This document shows, one piece after another, positions 51,623 to 62,760 of a stretch of 64,000 bases of DNA (within the stretch, counting starts at the first letter, position 1; every line of letters begins with the position of its first letter). The notes beneath the pieces are model-generated. The model saw only the letters and a program-made list of their open reading frames with translations. It was not told the origin of the DNA and did no database searches. Origin of the DNA: an uncultured Chloroflexia bacterium (GTDB lineage Bacteria > Chloroflexota > UBA6077 > JACCZL01); NCBI GenBank assembly GCA_963765765.1, contig CAVXYC010000032.1, forward strand, positions 1-64,000. Reading direction: 5' to 3'. A program made the translations under genes and the position numbers.

Positions 51623-54204
51623 CCATGGAGCAAGAGGCGCAAGCTCAGACTCCAGAGCCAGAGATGGAATTCCCAAAGGAGCTACCGGTATTGCCGCTTC
51701 GCGGCACGGTGATCTTTCCCTTTACCGTGGCACCCTTGACCATCGGTCAAGAGCGCTCCGGCCAGCTCGTGGACGCCGTGATGCGCGGCAACCGACTTCT
51801 CGCGGTCGTCGCTCAGCGCGCGGCCGAAACTGAAAGCCCCGGGCCGGAAGATCTCTACACCTTTGGTACGGCTGGTCGCATCGCCCAGATGGCGCGCAGC
51901 CCAGAAGGCCAGCTCGTCGTGCTGATTCAGGGTGTGCAGCGTGTTCGCATCCCCTCGTACGCATCGACATCACCGTATCTCGTCGGTCAGATCGAGCCCG
52001 CTCCAGACCAACTCCCGGATCTGACCAATGAGCAGGCGGCAATGGAGTTAACGGCGCTGCAGCGAAACGTGGTGCAGCAGTTTCAACGTCTTGCGGCCCT
52101 TGCCAATCTGCCTCAAGAGATGGCCCAAATGGCCAGTCAGCTCGAGGACCCGTTGCAGACGGTGTACCTCCTTGGCTCGGCAACGAGGCTCGAACCGGCA
52201 GTCCGCCAGGAGCTGCTCGAGCTGGAGAGCATCGGCGATAAGCTTCAGCGGCTCTCCACGGCGCTCGGCCGTGAGATCGAGATTCTGGAGATTGGTCAGC
52301 GCCTCCAGAACGAAGCCCAGACGGAGATGAGCAAGGCGCAACGCGAGTACTTCCTGCGCGAGCAGCTCAAGGCAATCCAACGCGAGCTGGGTGAAGATGA
52401 TCCAGCCCAGGCCGAGACCGCGGAGCTGCGGCGTAAGCTGGAGGCCGCTCACCTCCCGGAAATACCGCGGCGTGAAGCCGAGCGTGAGCTGGAGCGCATG
52501 GAGACGATTCCGTCTGTCTCCCCCGAGCGCGGCATGATCCGTACATACCTTGATTGGATGGCCGCGCTGCCCTGGCAAATCAGCACTGGCGGAAGCATCG
52601 ACGTGGAGCGTTCGCGGGCGATTTTAGACGAGGACCATCACGGGCTGGAAAAGGTCAAGGAGCGCATTCTCGAGTATCTGGCCGTCCGGAAGCTCAAGCA
52701 GGAGCGGCGAACCGAGGGCGAGATCACTGAAACCGGTGCAAGCTCCGGATCGATGGAGGCCGTCGCGCCGCTCACCCCCACGGATGAAGCGATGCACGAG
52801 CCGATTCTGTGTCTGGTGGGCCCGCCCGGTGTGGGGAAAACCAGCCTTGGCCAATCTATTGCCCGGGCCATGGGCCGTAAGTTCGTTCGAATCAGTCTGG
52901 GCGGAATTCGAGACGAGGCAGAGATTCGCGGCCATCGCCGTACCTATATTGGGGCCCTACCAGGCAGGATTATTCAGGGCCTTCGTCGAGCCGAGACGAA
53001 CGACCCAGTGTTCATGTTGGATGAGCTCGACAAGCTCACGGTGGGATTCCAAGGTGATCCAGCAGCGGCTCTTCTCGAGGTGCTCGATCCGTCGCAGAAC
53101 AGCACGTTTGAAGATAACTATCTGGCCGTTCCTTTCGACCTGAGCAAGGTGCTCTTCGTCTGTACTGCCAACGTGCTTCAGAACATTCCGGGCCCCCTGT
53201 GGGACCGTTTGGAAGTGCTGGAGATTCCCGGTTACACGGACGAGGAGAAGATCCAGATTGCCGAGCGTTACCTCGTTCAGCGTCAGCGTGGTGCCAATGG
53301 CCTGCGCGAGGACGAGATCACATTCGAGCGAGATGCATTGCGGCGTATCGTGCGCGACTACACGCGCGAGGCCGGCGTGCGCGATCTCGAGAGGCAAATC
53401 GGCACGATCATACGCAAGGTCGCGCGGGATGTGGCCGCCGGCCGTGAAAGTGCCTCCACAAATGGCGCAGCTCGGCCCGTGAAGATCACAACCGAGCGGG
53501 TCGCCGAGCTGCTCGGTCAGCCGCGGTTCACCGATGAGACCGTGGAGCGTGTGGATCGACCCGGTGTGGTCACTGGGATGGCCTGGACACCGGTGGGGGG
53601 CGACATTCTCTTCGTAGAAGCAGCCATGCTTCCGGGTCAGTCGGATCGGTTGATCGTCACCGGGCAGCTCGGCGACGTGATGCGCGAGTCGGTTCAGGCC
53701 GCGCTGACGTATCTTCAGTCCAGCGCCGAAAGCTATGGGCTGGACCCCAAGAGTGTCCAGGGACGAGGCGTCCACGTCCACGTCCCGGCTGGGGCGATCC
53801 CAAAGGATGGTCCATCGGCGGGAGTCACCATGCTCACCGCCCTGGCTTCGGTCATGACCGGCCGTCCGGTTCGACACGATCTGGCCATGACGGGTGAAAT
53901 CACTCTACGCGGCAAGGTGCTGCCGGTCGGTGGCATCAAGGAGAAGGTCATGGCCGCCCACCGCGCCGGCATCAGGACTGTGCTCCTACCGCGCCAGAAC
54001 GTGCGGGACCTTGACGGGGTACCGGAGGAGCTTCGCAATGAGCTCAAAGTCATTCCCATCGACACGGCTGAGCAAGTGCTGAGCGAGGCGCTGGATCTGA
54101 AAAAGGTGGAGAAGGAGAAAGCGAAGTCAGCCAGGTCATCCGCGGCGAGGAACGGATCGGGCTCAACCAGACCGAAGGCCGCGCGATCTCGAGCTCAGCC
54201 CTGA
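51619..54204 (+). CDS. lon: ATP-dependent Lon protease
   Basis: LPVLPLR, GPPGVGKTS, RGHRRTYIGALPG, PKDGPSAG, GGIKEK. Confidence 0.97.
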   Translation: MTMEQEAQAQTPEPEMEFPKELPVLPLRGTVIFPFTVAPLTIGQERSGQLVDAVMRGNRLLAVVAQRAAETESPGPEDLYTFGTAGRIAQMARSPEGQLVVLIQGVQRVRIPSYASTSPYLVGQIEPAPDQLPDLTNEQAAMELTALQRNVVQQFQRLAALANLPQEMAQMASQLEDPLQTVYLLGSATRLEPAVRQELLELESIGDKLQRLSTALGREIEILEIGQRLQNEAQTEMSKAQREYFLREQLKAIQRELGEDDPAQAETAELRRKLEAAHLPEIPRREAERELERMETIPSVSPERGMIRTYLDWMAALPWQISTGGSIDVERSRAILDEDHHGLEKVKERILEYLAVRKLKQERRTEGEITETGASSGSMEAVAPLTPTDEAMHEPILCLVGPPGVGKTSLGQSIARAMGRKFVRISLGGIRDEAEIRGHRRTYIGALPGRIIQGLRRAETNDPVFMLDELDKLTVGFQGDPAAALLEVLDPSQNSTFEDNYLAVPFDLSKVLFVCTANVLQNIPGPLWDRLEVLEIPGYTDEEKIQIAERYLVQRQRGANGLREDEITFERDALRRIVRDYTREAGVRDLERQIGTIIRKVARDVAAGRESASTNGAARPVKITTERVAELLGQPRFTDETVERVDRPGVVTGMAWTPVGGDILFVEAAMLPGQSDRLIVTGQLGDVMRESVQAALTYLQSSAESYGLDPKSVQGRGVHVHVPAGAIPKDGPSAGVTMLTALASVMTGRPVRHDLAMTGEITLRGKVLPVGGIKEKVMAAHRAGIRTVLLPRQNVRDLDGVPEELRNELKVIPIDTAEQVLSEALDLKKVEKEKAKSARSSAARNGSGSTRPKAARSRAQP

Positions 54205-54289
54205 TTCGACTTTCCTCCAGACGATCGCAGCAAGATGCCATTCCCGGTGGTTGACGATGCGTTACTGTGACCGCTAGCCTCCCAATACG

Positions 54290-56171
54290 ATGATGCTGCA
54301 ATCGCCCGGACTACCTTACGTCGTCAATCCATACGCGTACGCCCGCCGCAAGACTCGGGAAGTCATGGTCGGCGATGTCGGCGTGGGCGGGGCCAACCCT
54401 ATCCGCGTTCAGTCCATGACCACCACGCGCACGCAGGATGTGGATGGCACGGCCGCTCAAGCGATCGCGCTGATTCGGGCCGGGTGCGAGATCGTGCGAA
54501 TCACCGCGCCGACTGTTCAAGATGCGCGAGCAATTGGCAAGTCGCGCGCGATCATTCGCGCGGCTGGCTATAAAACGCCGCTCGTGGCGGATATTCACTT
54601 CTCTCCTGAAGCGGCAATGGAAGCGGCCAATCACGTTGAGAAAGTACGCATCAACCCCGGTAATTACGCCGACTCACGCAAGTTCGCCATCCTGGAATAC
54701 ACCGACGCCGAGTATGAGGCTGAGCTGGAACGCATCCGTGAGCGGTTCTCGCCGCTCGTGAGACGTTGCAAAGAGCTTGGCATCTCTATGCGTGTGGGGA
54801 CGAATCACGGGTCGCTGTCCGATCGAATCATGAATCGATTCGGCGATACACCGCTTGGGATGGTGGAGTCGGCGCTGGAGTTCCTCCAGATCGCTCGCGA
54901 CGAAGGGTACCTCGACATCATCTTGTCGATGAAAGCGTCGAATCCCAAGGTCATGATCCAGGCCTATCGCCTGCTGGTCGCTCGGATGGATGCGCTCGGG
55001 TGGGACTATCCGCTGCACCTTGGCGTGACCGAGGCGGGCAACGGTGAAGATGGGCGCATCAAGTCCGCCGTTGGCATCGGCTCGCTCCTCGACGACGGGC
55101 TAGGCGATACGATTCGCGTGTCGCTCACGGAAGATCCCGTGGCAGAAGTGCCCGTGGCACAACGACTGGCGGGCTGGTACTCGGACCGCCCGGATGACGA
55201 GTCGGATGCCGCTGATGTCTGACCCGCGCGATCCCTACGAGTACACCCGACGGCTGTCCGATGAGGTTCACGTGGGCACAGTGTCGTTCGGAGGGCGCGA
55301 ACCCGCGGTCCTGATACATACCACGACTGACGGCGCCGCGGTCAGCGAGTCCATGGACACCAGCGGACAAGTACCGCCTCCGGATATCCTCCTCAACGTC
55401 CATAACCAAAGTGGGATGACATCGCCGCCACAACGGTTCGCGGGCGACTCGACAGAGCTCTCATCCGAGCAGATCGCGGCGCGGCCGTTCCTGCTCGTTT
55501 ACGAGCGTGATGACGATGACTTCGTCCGTGCGGTTGACGTGCTCCTAGGCTGGGCGAAGCAGTGTGAGCAGGACGGCCATACCTCGTTCGCATTGGGTTT
55601 TCGTCTAGGCTCGGTAGGTGCGACGATTCGTGCTGGTCGGCACTTGGCAGCCCGCCTTCACGAGAGCGGACGCGCCTATCCCATTCACGTCGTGTCGCCG
55701 CCGGCCGATACGTTTGGCGATCTGCAGCTTGGCGCATCCGTCGCGCTAGGATCATTGCTGTGTGACGGCATCGGAGATAGCGCGGAGATCCGTTGGTTGG
55801 ACGATACGGACGCTGTGCGGCTTGGTTTCAACATCCTGCAAGCAGCGAGTGCCCGAATCACCAAGACCGAGTACGTCGCCTGCCCGGGTTGTGGCCGAAC
55901 GCTCTTCGAGCTACAACCGACGACAGACCGCATCAAGTCCCGCACTGGTCATCTAGTGGGCGTGAAGATTGCAGTCATGGGCTGCATTGTCAATGGCCCA
56001 GGCGAGATGGCGGACGCCGACTTCGGCTACGTTGGCGGCGCTCCAGGCAAGGTGAACCTCTACGTTGGCAAAGAGTGCGTCGAACGTAATGTGCCCCAGT
56101 CAGACGCGGACGACCGTCTTATTGAGCTCATCAAGGCGCACGGCCGCTGGACGGAGCCTGCCAGGGTTTGA
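54290..56171 (+). CDS. ispG: (E)-4-hydroxy-3-methylbut-2-enyl diphosphate synthase, long form, split near 55195
   Basis: [31 protein letters not shown]; C-part CPGCGRT and [10 protein letters not shown]. Confidence 0.92.
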
Positions 56172-56253
56172 TCGTGGCCTTTGAGGGTTCATCCGCGGAC
56201 GCGGGCCGTAAGTATCTCCGGAACGTATGACATACTGATTCTGGTGAACTGAA

Positions 56254-57621
56254 GTGGAAACGTCCTGGTTATTTGGGATCGCCTCCGTCCTGGTGCTGGT
56301 GCTGGCCAATGGATTCTTCGTGGCCACCGAATTTGCGATCGTCGCGGTCCGCGGCAGCCGGCTGGAGCAGTTAGCTCGCGAAGGTAGTGGCACGGCTCGG
56401 CTCGCTCGAAACATCGTTGAGCATCTCGACGCCTATATCGCCGCCTGCCAGCTCGGGATCACAATGACCTCCTTGGCGCTTGGCTGGATCGGTGAGCCAG
56501 CCCTGGCGGCCGTGATTGAGCCACCAATGGAGGCTCTCGTGGGAACCTTTGCTCCGGCCGCTTCCCATGCCGTCTCCACGGGAGTGGCCTTCGCCTTTAT
56601 CACTAGCTTGCACATTGTGATAGGTGAGCTAGCTCCAAAGGGCGTGGCCTTGCAGCGAACCGAAGCAACCACGCTCGCAGTGGCACGTCCGATCCATCTC
56701 TTTTACGTCATATTCCGCTGGCCCGTGACGCTCCTGAACAACGTGGGTAATGGCGTGCTGCGGATCTTTGGCATGGCTCCGGCGTCGGGCCACGAGATGG
56801 TGCACAAGGTTGAGGAGCTACGTCTGTTGGTGCTCAGCAGCCAGATGGCCGGTGAAGTGGAAGCATCAGAGGCGCGCATCGCATCACGAGCGTTCTCATT
56901 TGCTGACTTGACCGCCGAGGAGCTGATGACGCCGCGCACGGAGATCGAAGCGATCCCTGTCGATGCCACTCCGGCGCAGCTACTGGAACGGATCACATCG
57001 ACGCGCCACACCCGAGTTCCGGTCTTTGAGGGCTCACTGGACCGAATCGTTGGTGTGTTACTGGCGCGAGACCTTCTGCCCTTCCTCACTGCGAGGCGAC
57101 CGCTGCCACCACTCGAACGACTCATGCACCCGCCGGTGATCGTCTTCGCAAGCTGGCGTGCCGACACCATCCTTGACCAGATGCGGACAGGTCCGCACCG
57201 TCTCGCGGTGGTTCAGGACGAGTACGGCGGCACCGCTGGTATCGTCACGTTCGAAGATTTGGTGGAAGCGCTTATTGGTCCAATCGCTGAGGAGTCCGCT
57301 CGGGGTAACCTTGCGGCTCTGGACGACTCACAGCCCGACCGAAACGTCCCTCAAGTCATCGATGGTCTGACCCGTCTGGCTGAGTGGGAGGAGCTCGCAG
57401 GCGTCACGCTGCCTGAGGAAGATCACGAAGCCGTTGATACGCTTGGCGGCCTGGTCATGACCCGCCTCGGCCGCATCCCGGAGGTGGGAGACAAGGTTGA
57501 GGTCGATGGACTCACTCTGCGAGTCGAGGAGCTGGACGGTCGACGGGTTGCGCTGGTGAGGATGGAAGCATCTCCTGAGAGAGAGGCGACCAGTCCGGTC
57601 AGTGAGTCCACCGAGCACTAG
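56254..57621 (+). CDS. Hemolysin family protein (CNNM/CBS/CorC domains)
   Basis: NGFFVATEFA, QLGIT, GELAPK, DEYGGTAGIVTFEDLVE. Confidence 0.93.
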   Translation: METSWLFGIASVLVLVLANGFFVATEFAIVAVRGSRLEQLAREGSGTARLARNIVEHLDAYIAACQLGITMTSLALGWIGEPALAAVIEPPMEALVGTFAPAASHAVSTGVAFAFITSLHIVIGELAPKGVALQRTEATTLAVARPIHLFYVIFRWPVTLLNNVGNGVLRIFGMAPASGHEMVHKVEELRLLVLSSQMAGEVEASEARIASRAFSFADLTAEELMTPRTEIEAIPVDATPAQLLERITSTRHTRVPVFEGSLDRIVGVLLARDLLPFLTARRPLPPLERLMHPPVIVFASWRADTILDQMRTGPHRLAVVQDEYGGTAGIVTFEDLVEALIGPIAEESARGNLAALDDSQPDRNVPQVIDGLTRLAEWEELAGVTLPEEDHEAVDTLGGLVMTRLGRIPEVGDKVEVDGLTLRVEELDGRRVALVRMEASPEREATSPVSESTEH

Positions 57622-57634
57622 GGGCGCGAGCTCG

Positions 57635-58594
57635 CTACATCTTCAGCAGTCGTTTCACATTCCCGTGCAGAATTTTGTTCCTATCCTCAGAGCTGAGTGG
57701 AATGCCTTCCATCCACTCGGTGCCGGGTGGATTCTCCACAAACGGATAATCGATGGAGAATAGGATCCGATCGATGCCCATCTCCATCATGCTGCACAGC
57801 ACGGCGGACGTGGAAAAGTTACCGCTGGTGGTAATCCAGAAGTGCTCGCAGAACGTGTCCTTGAACGCCATGGGCATGTTGCCGGGGCGAGAAAATGAGT
57901 GATCGATGCGCCACAGTGAGAATGGCAGCCCCTCGCCCAGATGGCCCAGGATGATCTTGAGGCGCGGGTAGGCTTCGAACACGCCGCTGAGGACCATGCG
58001 GATCGCCTGCGTGGCGGTCTCCACAGTGAAGCCCCATCCCGCCGTGTTGATCTGCGGGAAGTCCTTGACATAGTCACCGTAATAGAGCTCGGTTACCGTC
58101 GGATGCGGCGTTGCCGGATGGAGGTAAATCGGAACGTCCAGCTCCTGGGCGCGTTCGCAGATGGGCCAGAAGCGCCTGTCATCGAAGAACACGCCGTTGG
58201 TCAAACCGTGCACCATGGCGCCCTTCAGCCCGAGCTTCGTCACGGCCCGCTCCAGCTCATCAGCGGCCGCCTTCGGATCTGGCGTGGGCAGCGCCGCGAA
58301 GCCCGCAAACCGATCCGGCCGTCCATCGATGGTGGCTTTCAGGCGATCGTTGGCTCCGCGCGCCATTCGTACGGCGGTTTCGGGATCCATTCGTTGAGTT
58401 GATGGCGCTCCATGGGAAAGCACCTGAACGTCGATGCCACCCTCGTCCATCTCCTTCAGTCGGAACTCACCAACGTCGTCAAGTCGCTCGCGAATGCGCG
58501 CCGGCTGGCGATCGTTGCCATAGCTCGCGGCGACTTCCGGATCGTAGTAGTGCTCTTCCAGCGCAATCACCAATCGGCCATCTTTCGTAGCCAT
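57635..58594 (-). CDS. Amidohydrolase family decarboxylase (ACMSD/dihydroxybenzoate decarboxylase-like)
   Basis: IALEEH, PIYLHP, LGHLGE, TTSGNFS, FSIDYPF. Confidence 0.88.
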   Translation of the reverse strand: MATKDGRLVIALEEHYYDPEVAASYGNDRQPARIRERLDDVGEFRLKEMDEGGIDVQVLSHGAPSTQRMDPETAVRMARGANDRLKATIDGRPDRFAGFAALPTPDPKAAADELERAVTKLGLKGAMVHGLTNGVFFDDRRFWPICERAQELDVPIYLHPATPHPTVTELYYGDYVKDFPQINTAGWGFTVETATQAIRMVLSGVFEAYPRLKIILGHLGEGLPFSLWRIDHSFSRPGNMPMAFKDTFCEHFWITTSGNFSTSAVLCSMMEMGIDRILFSIDYPFVENPPGTEWMEGIPLSSEDRNKILHGNVKRLLKM

Positions 58595-58693
58595 GCGCTT
58601 TCCCTCCCTGGGCGTACAGTCGTGGGTTGGGGTACTGTAACAGGAGCCCGAAGATTCACTCGGGCTCCTTTCAGCAACCATGTGGAGTAAATC

Positions 58694-59173
58694 ATGCTCG
58701 ACTACACGATGAAGCGGCTGGACGGGCAGGAAGAGAACCTCAAAAATTACAAGGGTAAGGTCCTTCTGCTGGTCAATGTGGCGAGCCAGTGCGGTCTCAC
58801 GCCTCAGTACAGTGGCCTTCAGGCGCTTTATGCCGAGTACAAGGATCAGGGGTTCGAAGTTCTTGGCTTTCCCGCCAACAACTTTGGCGCACAGGAGCCT
58901 GGGAGTGACTCGCAGATCGCGCAGTTCTGCGAGACCAATTACGGTGTAACGTTCCCGCTGTTCTCAAAGATCAGTGTCAAGGGCGCTGATAAGCACCCTC
59001 TTTATTCGGAGCTCACATCCATGCCCGCGCCAATTGGCGGGGAGGTGGAGTGGAACTTCCAGAAGTATCTTGTGAACCGTGAGGGCGAGGTGGTCGCTCG
59101 GTTCGCCCCTCCCACCACGCCGAGCGATCCCGCATTGGTGGGGAAGATCGAAGAGCTGCTAGTGGCGAAGTGA
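58694..59173 (+). CDS. Glutathione peroxidase family protein (Cys type)
   Basis: NVASQCGLTPQY, GFPANNFGAQEPG, WNFQKYL. Confidence 0.93.
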   Translation: MLDYTMKRLDGQEENLKNYKGKVLLLVNVASQCGLTPQYSGLQALYAEYKDQGFEVLGFPANNFGAQEPGSDSQIAQFCETNYGVTFPLFSKISVKGADKHPLYSELTSMPAPIGGEVEWNFQKYLVNREGEVVARFAPPTTPSDPALVGKIEELLVAK

Positions 59174-59255
59174 ATCGCGCCTCACGGGGCATGCACGGGA
59201 TGAGGCTCTCATGACGCTGCTTTTCAGGAGCCGGACACCACCGCGCGGGCTGTAA

Positions 59256-60047
59256 TCAAAGCCGCTGAAGGAGCGCTGGAAGCTCTACTACTGAGCCAAT
59301 CTCCGTGACTGGACAAGGCCCGACTTGCTGGGGCAGCGGGCGACCAGATGGATTGATCCAAATCGGACGAATCCCGGATCGAACCGCTCCGAGCACGTCT
59401 CGGAGCGGGTTGTCCCCCACCATCAGTGTCTCGTGCGGCGTTGATTGTAGCTGCCGTAGGGCGAAGCCGAACACATCAACGCAGGGCTTTCCCATACGAA
59501 GGTCTCCGGAGATGGCGACTGCCTGGAAAAAGGCGCCGAGTCCGGTATGTGCCAGCTTGTCAAACTGAAGGTCGGACGGACCGTTGGTGACCAGGCCGAT
59601 TTTGAAATCTGGCGAGAGCTCAGTGAGCACTCGATCAGATTCCGGAATGAGCGAATGGTGCCGCCGTCGATGGGTTCGGTAGATGTCTGTCATCTCGCAA
59701 GTCAGGTTCGGATCCTCGATCCCCAGATCACGAAGGACCTCTCGCCAGACTGCTTGCTGATACGTCGGCAACCATGCCTGTAGCTTGCTGAGATCACGAT
59801 GCCAGCCTGGACGCGTGGAGCATAGACCTTCCATTGCGCTGATCCCCAGCGCATGGCAGAGCGGGTGGGTGGGGCTGGCCCACCAGATTGATGTGGCATG
59901 CTGGCGAGCGAGTGATGCCAGGGCCGCAACGTCACATTCGTACCGATCCGCGGCAGGTCTGGCGGCGGCGCACAGCGCGCTCTCCACCGAGGCGTGCTCA
60001 ATGAGCAGCGTATCGTCAAGGTCGAAGAGGACTGTTGTAATCGGCAT
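59256..60047 (-). CDS. HAD family hydrolase
   Basis: FDLDDTL, VTNG, GKP, MVGDNPLRD. Confidence 0.9.
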   Translation of the reverse strand: MPITTVLFDLDDTLLIEHASVESALCAAARPAADRYECDVAALASLARQHATSIWWASPTHPLCHALGISAMEGLCSTRPGWHRDLSKLQAWLPTYQQAVWREVLRDLGIEDPNLTCEMTDIYRTHRRRHHSLIPESDRVLTELSPDFKIGLVTNGPSDLQFDKLAHTGLGAFFQAVAISGDLRMGKPCVDVFGFALRQLQSTPHETLMVGDNPLRDVLGAVRSGIRPIWINPSGRPLPQQVGPCPVTEIGSVVELPALLQRL

Positions 60048-60112
60048 GCGCGAACGATCCAGGATTCACCCCCGAAATTTCAATGTGACGGGAGCCCTCT
60101 GCTACGTCAGAC

Positions 60113-61570
60113 TCAGCGAACGCCCACTTCGTGACGTTCTCCTTTGTACGTTGAATGAGCGAGGCGCTCGATGAGCGGCAGATGGATGACGAACGTACTT
60201 CCGTGGCCTAGCGAGCTGCTTACCGAAACGCTGCCACCATGCGACTCCGTAATGCGGTTGACAATAGCCAGGCCCAGGCCGGTACCCCCAGGCCCCATGC
60301 CCGCGCGACCCTCCACGCGATAAAAGCGATGGAAGATGTAGGGTAGCTCTTCGTCAGGGATCCCGTGGCCATTGTCGCGAACCTCAATGACACAGTTGGG
60401 CCCATCCGAGCGAACCGTCACGTCCACTTCGCCGCCGTCTGGTGTGTACTTGAGCGCATTCTCCACAAGATTGCCGCACGCTTGAACCAGGCGGTGGTGG
60501 TCCGCCATGACCCATGCGTCCGATCCGATCCTGAGCTCCAGGTGCATGGACCTGGAGGCGGCCTCGGCGGACCATTCTGAGACAACTTGCTCTACCACGG
60601 CGCGAATCGAAGTGGGTTCTAGTGTGAGCGAAAGTCCGCCAGTCTCCAGGCGTGCCAGCTCCAGCAGGTCGTCGGCGAGCCGACCGAGGCGCCCCGTGTG
60701 TGCCACGAGTCCATCGACCAGGCGATGTCTCAGCGGCGGATTCTGATCAGCCCCTTGCTCCAGGGCGACTGCGGCGGTCTGCATAGCTCCAGCCAGTGAG
60801 TGCAGCTCATGGGAGATGTCTGAAGCGAATTCTCGGCGAGCCGTCTCGAGTTCGCGAAGTCTCGCGGACATATCGTTGAAGGCGTTGACCAGCAGGCCAA
60901 CCTCGTCGCGCGAGCTGGCTGTAACGTGTTGATCTAGATCTCCCTTCGCGAGCCCCTGGGCCGCCTGGCTCAGCGCACGCACCGGAGTCGTGATCGCTGA
61001 GGCGAACCAGGCAGCCACAATGCCGGCGATGGCGGCCGTAGCGGCGGCTCCCAGGGCAATGCCGAGATAGAGCTGGGAGATGGTTTGATCGATGTCTTGA
61101 AGCTGATACGCCAGTCGGATGGCTCCGACGATCTCCCCGTCATGCTGGATTGGCATGGCCACGTAGAGCACCTCACTCTGAGGGCCAAGTCTCGGGAAGA
61201 CGCCACGGTTCTCCTCACCCGTGAGAGCCCTGCTCAAACCGGTCTGGAGCTCGGCGGCGCGGCCAATGTCCCGCGGATCTGAATCGACCTCTCCCAGCAC
61301 TTCCCCGTGGCGATCGATGATCAGCGAGCGAGCTCCAATGGCCTCGTCGATCGTCATCAGGGCGTGCTTGATATTCTGCTCGTTGTCTGTTGCAACGTCT
61401 TCGGCCACGAGGCTGGCTACGACGGCAGCTTGCCCCTTAAGGTCCAACGAGAGACGATCGAGCAGGAGACGCTCGAGAGTGTTCGCCACAACCGCGGCGA
61501 ATGCCACCACCGCGACAAGAGTCAGACCACCGAATGTCAGGATGAGCCGAGCGCGAAGGCTACTGGCCAT
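60113..61570 (-). CDS. HAMP-domain sensor histidine kinase
   Basis: Two TM segments, HAMP, SHEL, NLVENALKY, DNGHG, GTGLGL. Confidence 0.93.
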   Translation of the reverse strand: MASSLRARLILTFGGLTLVAVVAFAAVVANTLERLLLDRLSLDLKGQAAVVASLVAEDVATDNEQNIKHALMTIDEAIGARSLIIDRHGEVLGEVDSDPRDIGRAAELQTGLSRALTGEENRGVFPRLGPQSEVLYVAMPIQHDGEIVGAIRLAYQLQDIDQTISQLYLGIALGAAATAAIAGIVAAWFASAITTPVRALSQAAQGLAKGDLDQHVTASSRDEVGLLVNAFNDMSARLRELETARREFASDISHELHSLAGAMQTAAVALEQGADQNPPLRHRLVDGLVAHTGRLGRLADDLLELARLETGGLSLTLEPTSIRAVVEQVVSEWSAEAASRSMHLELRIGSDAWVMADHHRLVQACGNLVENALKYTPDGGEVDVTVRSDGPNCVIEVRDNGHGIPDEELPYIFHRFYRVEGRAGMGPGGTGLGLAIVNRITESHGGSVSVSSSLGHGSTFVIHLPLIERLAHSTYKGERHEVGVR

Positions 61571-62294
61571 CGAGTGAGGGATCAAGTCTATACCCGACGC
61601 CGCGGACCGTCTGGAGATATTGCGGGCGTTCCGGGTCGGGCTCGATCTTCTTTCGAATAGCGTGAATGTACACGTCAAGTGCGCGCTCATCACCGTAGAA
61701 GTCAGGGCCCCAGATCGTATCTATCAGGAAGCGGCGGGTCACGACGTGGCCGGGCCGCTCTACGAGCAGCATGAGTAGGTCGAACTCACGCGCTGAGAGA
61801 TAAACCGGAACTCCACGGACGGTCACGGCACGAGCGTCGCGGTCGATCTGCAGCTCGCCGAGCATGGTGACTCCTAGTGGCAATCCGCCTCGACCCGTTT
61901 GAACACGTCGCAAGGCCGCCCGTACTCGGGCAAGAAGCTCGGTGGAGACGAACGGCTTGGTCACGTAGTCGTCGGCTCCAGAGTCAAGGCCAATGACCTT
62001 ATCCGCGTCCTGTCGACGTGCCGTGAGCATGATGATTGGCCCGGCCCAATCGATTCGCATGCGACGGCATACCTCGACGCCGCCCAGGTCCGGTAGGCCT
62101 ACGTCAAGCAGGACGAGGTCTGGCGACCAGCGGCGCATCAGGCCAAGCGCCTCCGACGCCGTGCCGGCCACCGTCACATCGTAGCCTTCTTGCTTGAGCA
62201 GGAATCCTAACGAGTCGGTGAGAAGTGTGTCGTCGTCAACAACGATGATTCGCGCGGGCATGCGTCCATCTCGAACTGGTTGAGCCGTGCTCAC
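61560..62294 (-). CDS. OmpR-family response regulator
   Basis: VVDDD, LLDVGLP, GADDYVTKPF, TVRGVGY. Confidence 0.95.
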   Translation of the reverse strand: MSTAQPVRDGRMPARIIVVDDDTLLTDSLGFLLKQEGYDVTVAGTASEALGLMRRWSPDLVLLDVGLPDLGGVEVCRRMRIDWAGPIIMLTARRQDADKVIGLDSGADDYVTKPFVSTELLARVRAALRRVQTGRGGLPLGVTMLGELQIDRDARAVTVRGVPVYLSAREFDLLMLLVERPGHVVTRRFLIDTIWGPDFYGDERALDVYIHAIRKKIEPDPERPQYLQTVRGVGYRLDPSLDGQ

Positions 62295-62760
62295 GGTTGA
62301 AGTCTACGCCCTGGGACGGACCAGGATCGTTGTTGTTTCCTTAAAGAACAAAAGCCTCTGTTAGCCATCACAGGGACCGCACCCCGGACCTTCCCAGCCG
62401 CCGCGGAGCGTGCGTGTTTAGGAACAATGAAGAATACGGCTCGCTCCGCAGCAGCGGGGAGGACCCGGGTGATGCCCATTCGCAGCTAGTGCCTCGCCGT
62501 CTTGCAAAACTCGCGGCTTCCCATGAGCCCCTGAGAATGCACATTTCAGCGTTACCCTGACGGCGCTTGGGGCGCCGTCAATGAGCATCGAGAATGTTGG
62601 TGATAAGCCGGTCACGATGACCACGGGCAGCGTGAATGGAGGTGGAACAGCCGAGCCGCATCCCGTCAGGTGCGGTCCTCTCACCGCCATCCACGCACAC
62701 AACCGGGGATATCGAGAAGGACCGATCCTGGAGGGATGCGGCTCTGCTGGTCAGTGGCTG

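Noticed and set aside
55220-55222. TGA readthrough joining the two ispG halves
   Set aside because: The second half is in a different frame, and in-frame readthrough soon meets another stop.
58694-59173. Glutathione peroxidase as a second selenoprotein
   Set aside because: The active-site codon is TGC (NVASQCG) and there is no in-frame TGA.
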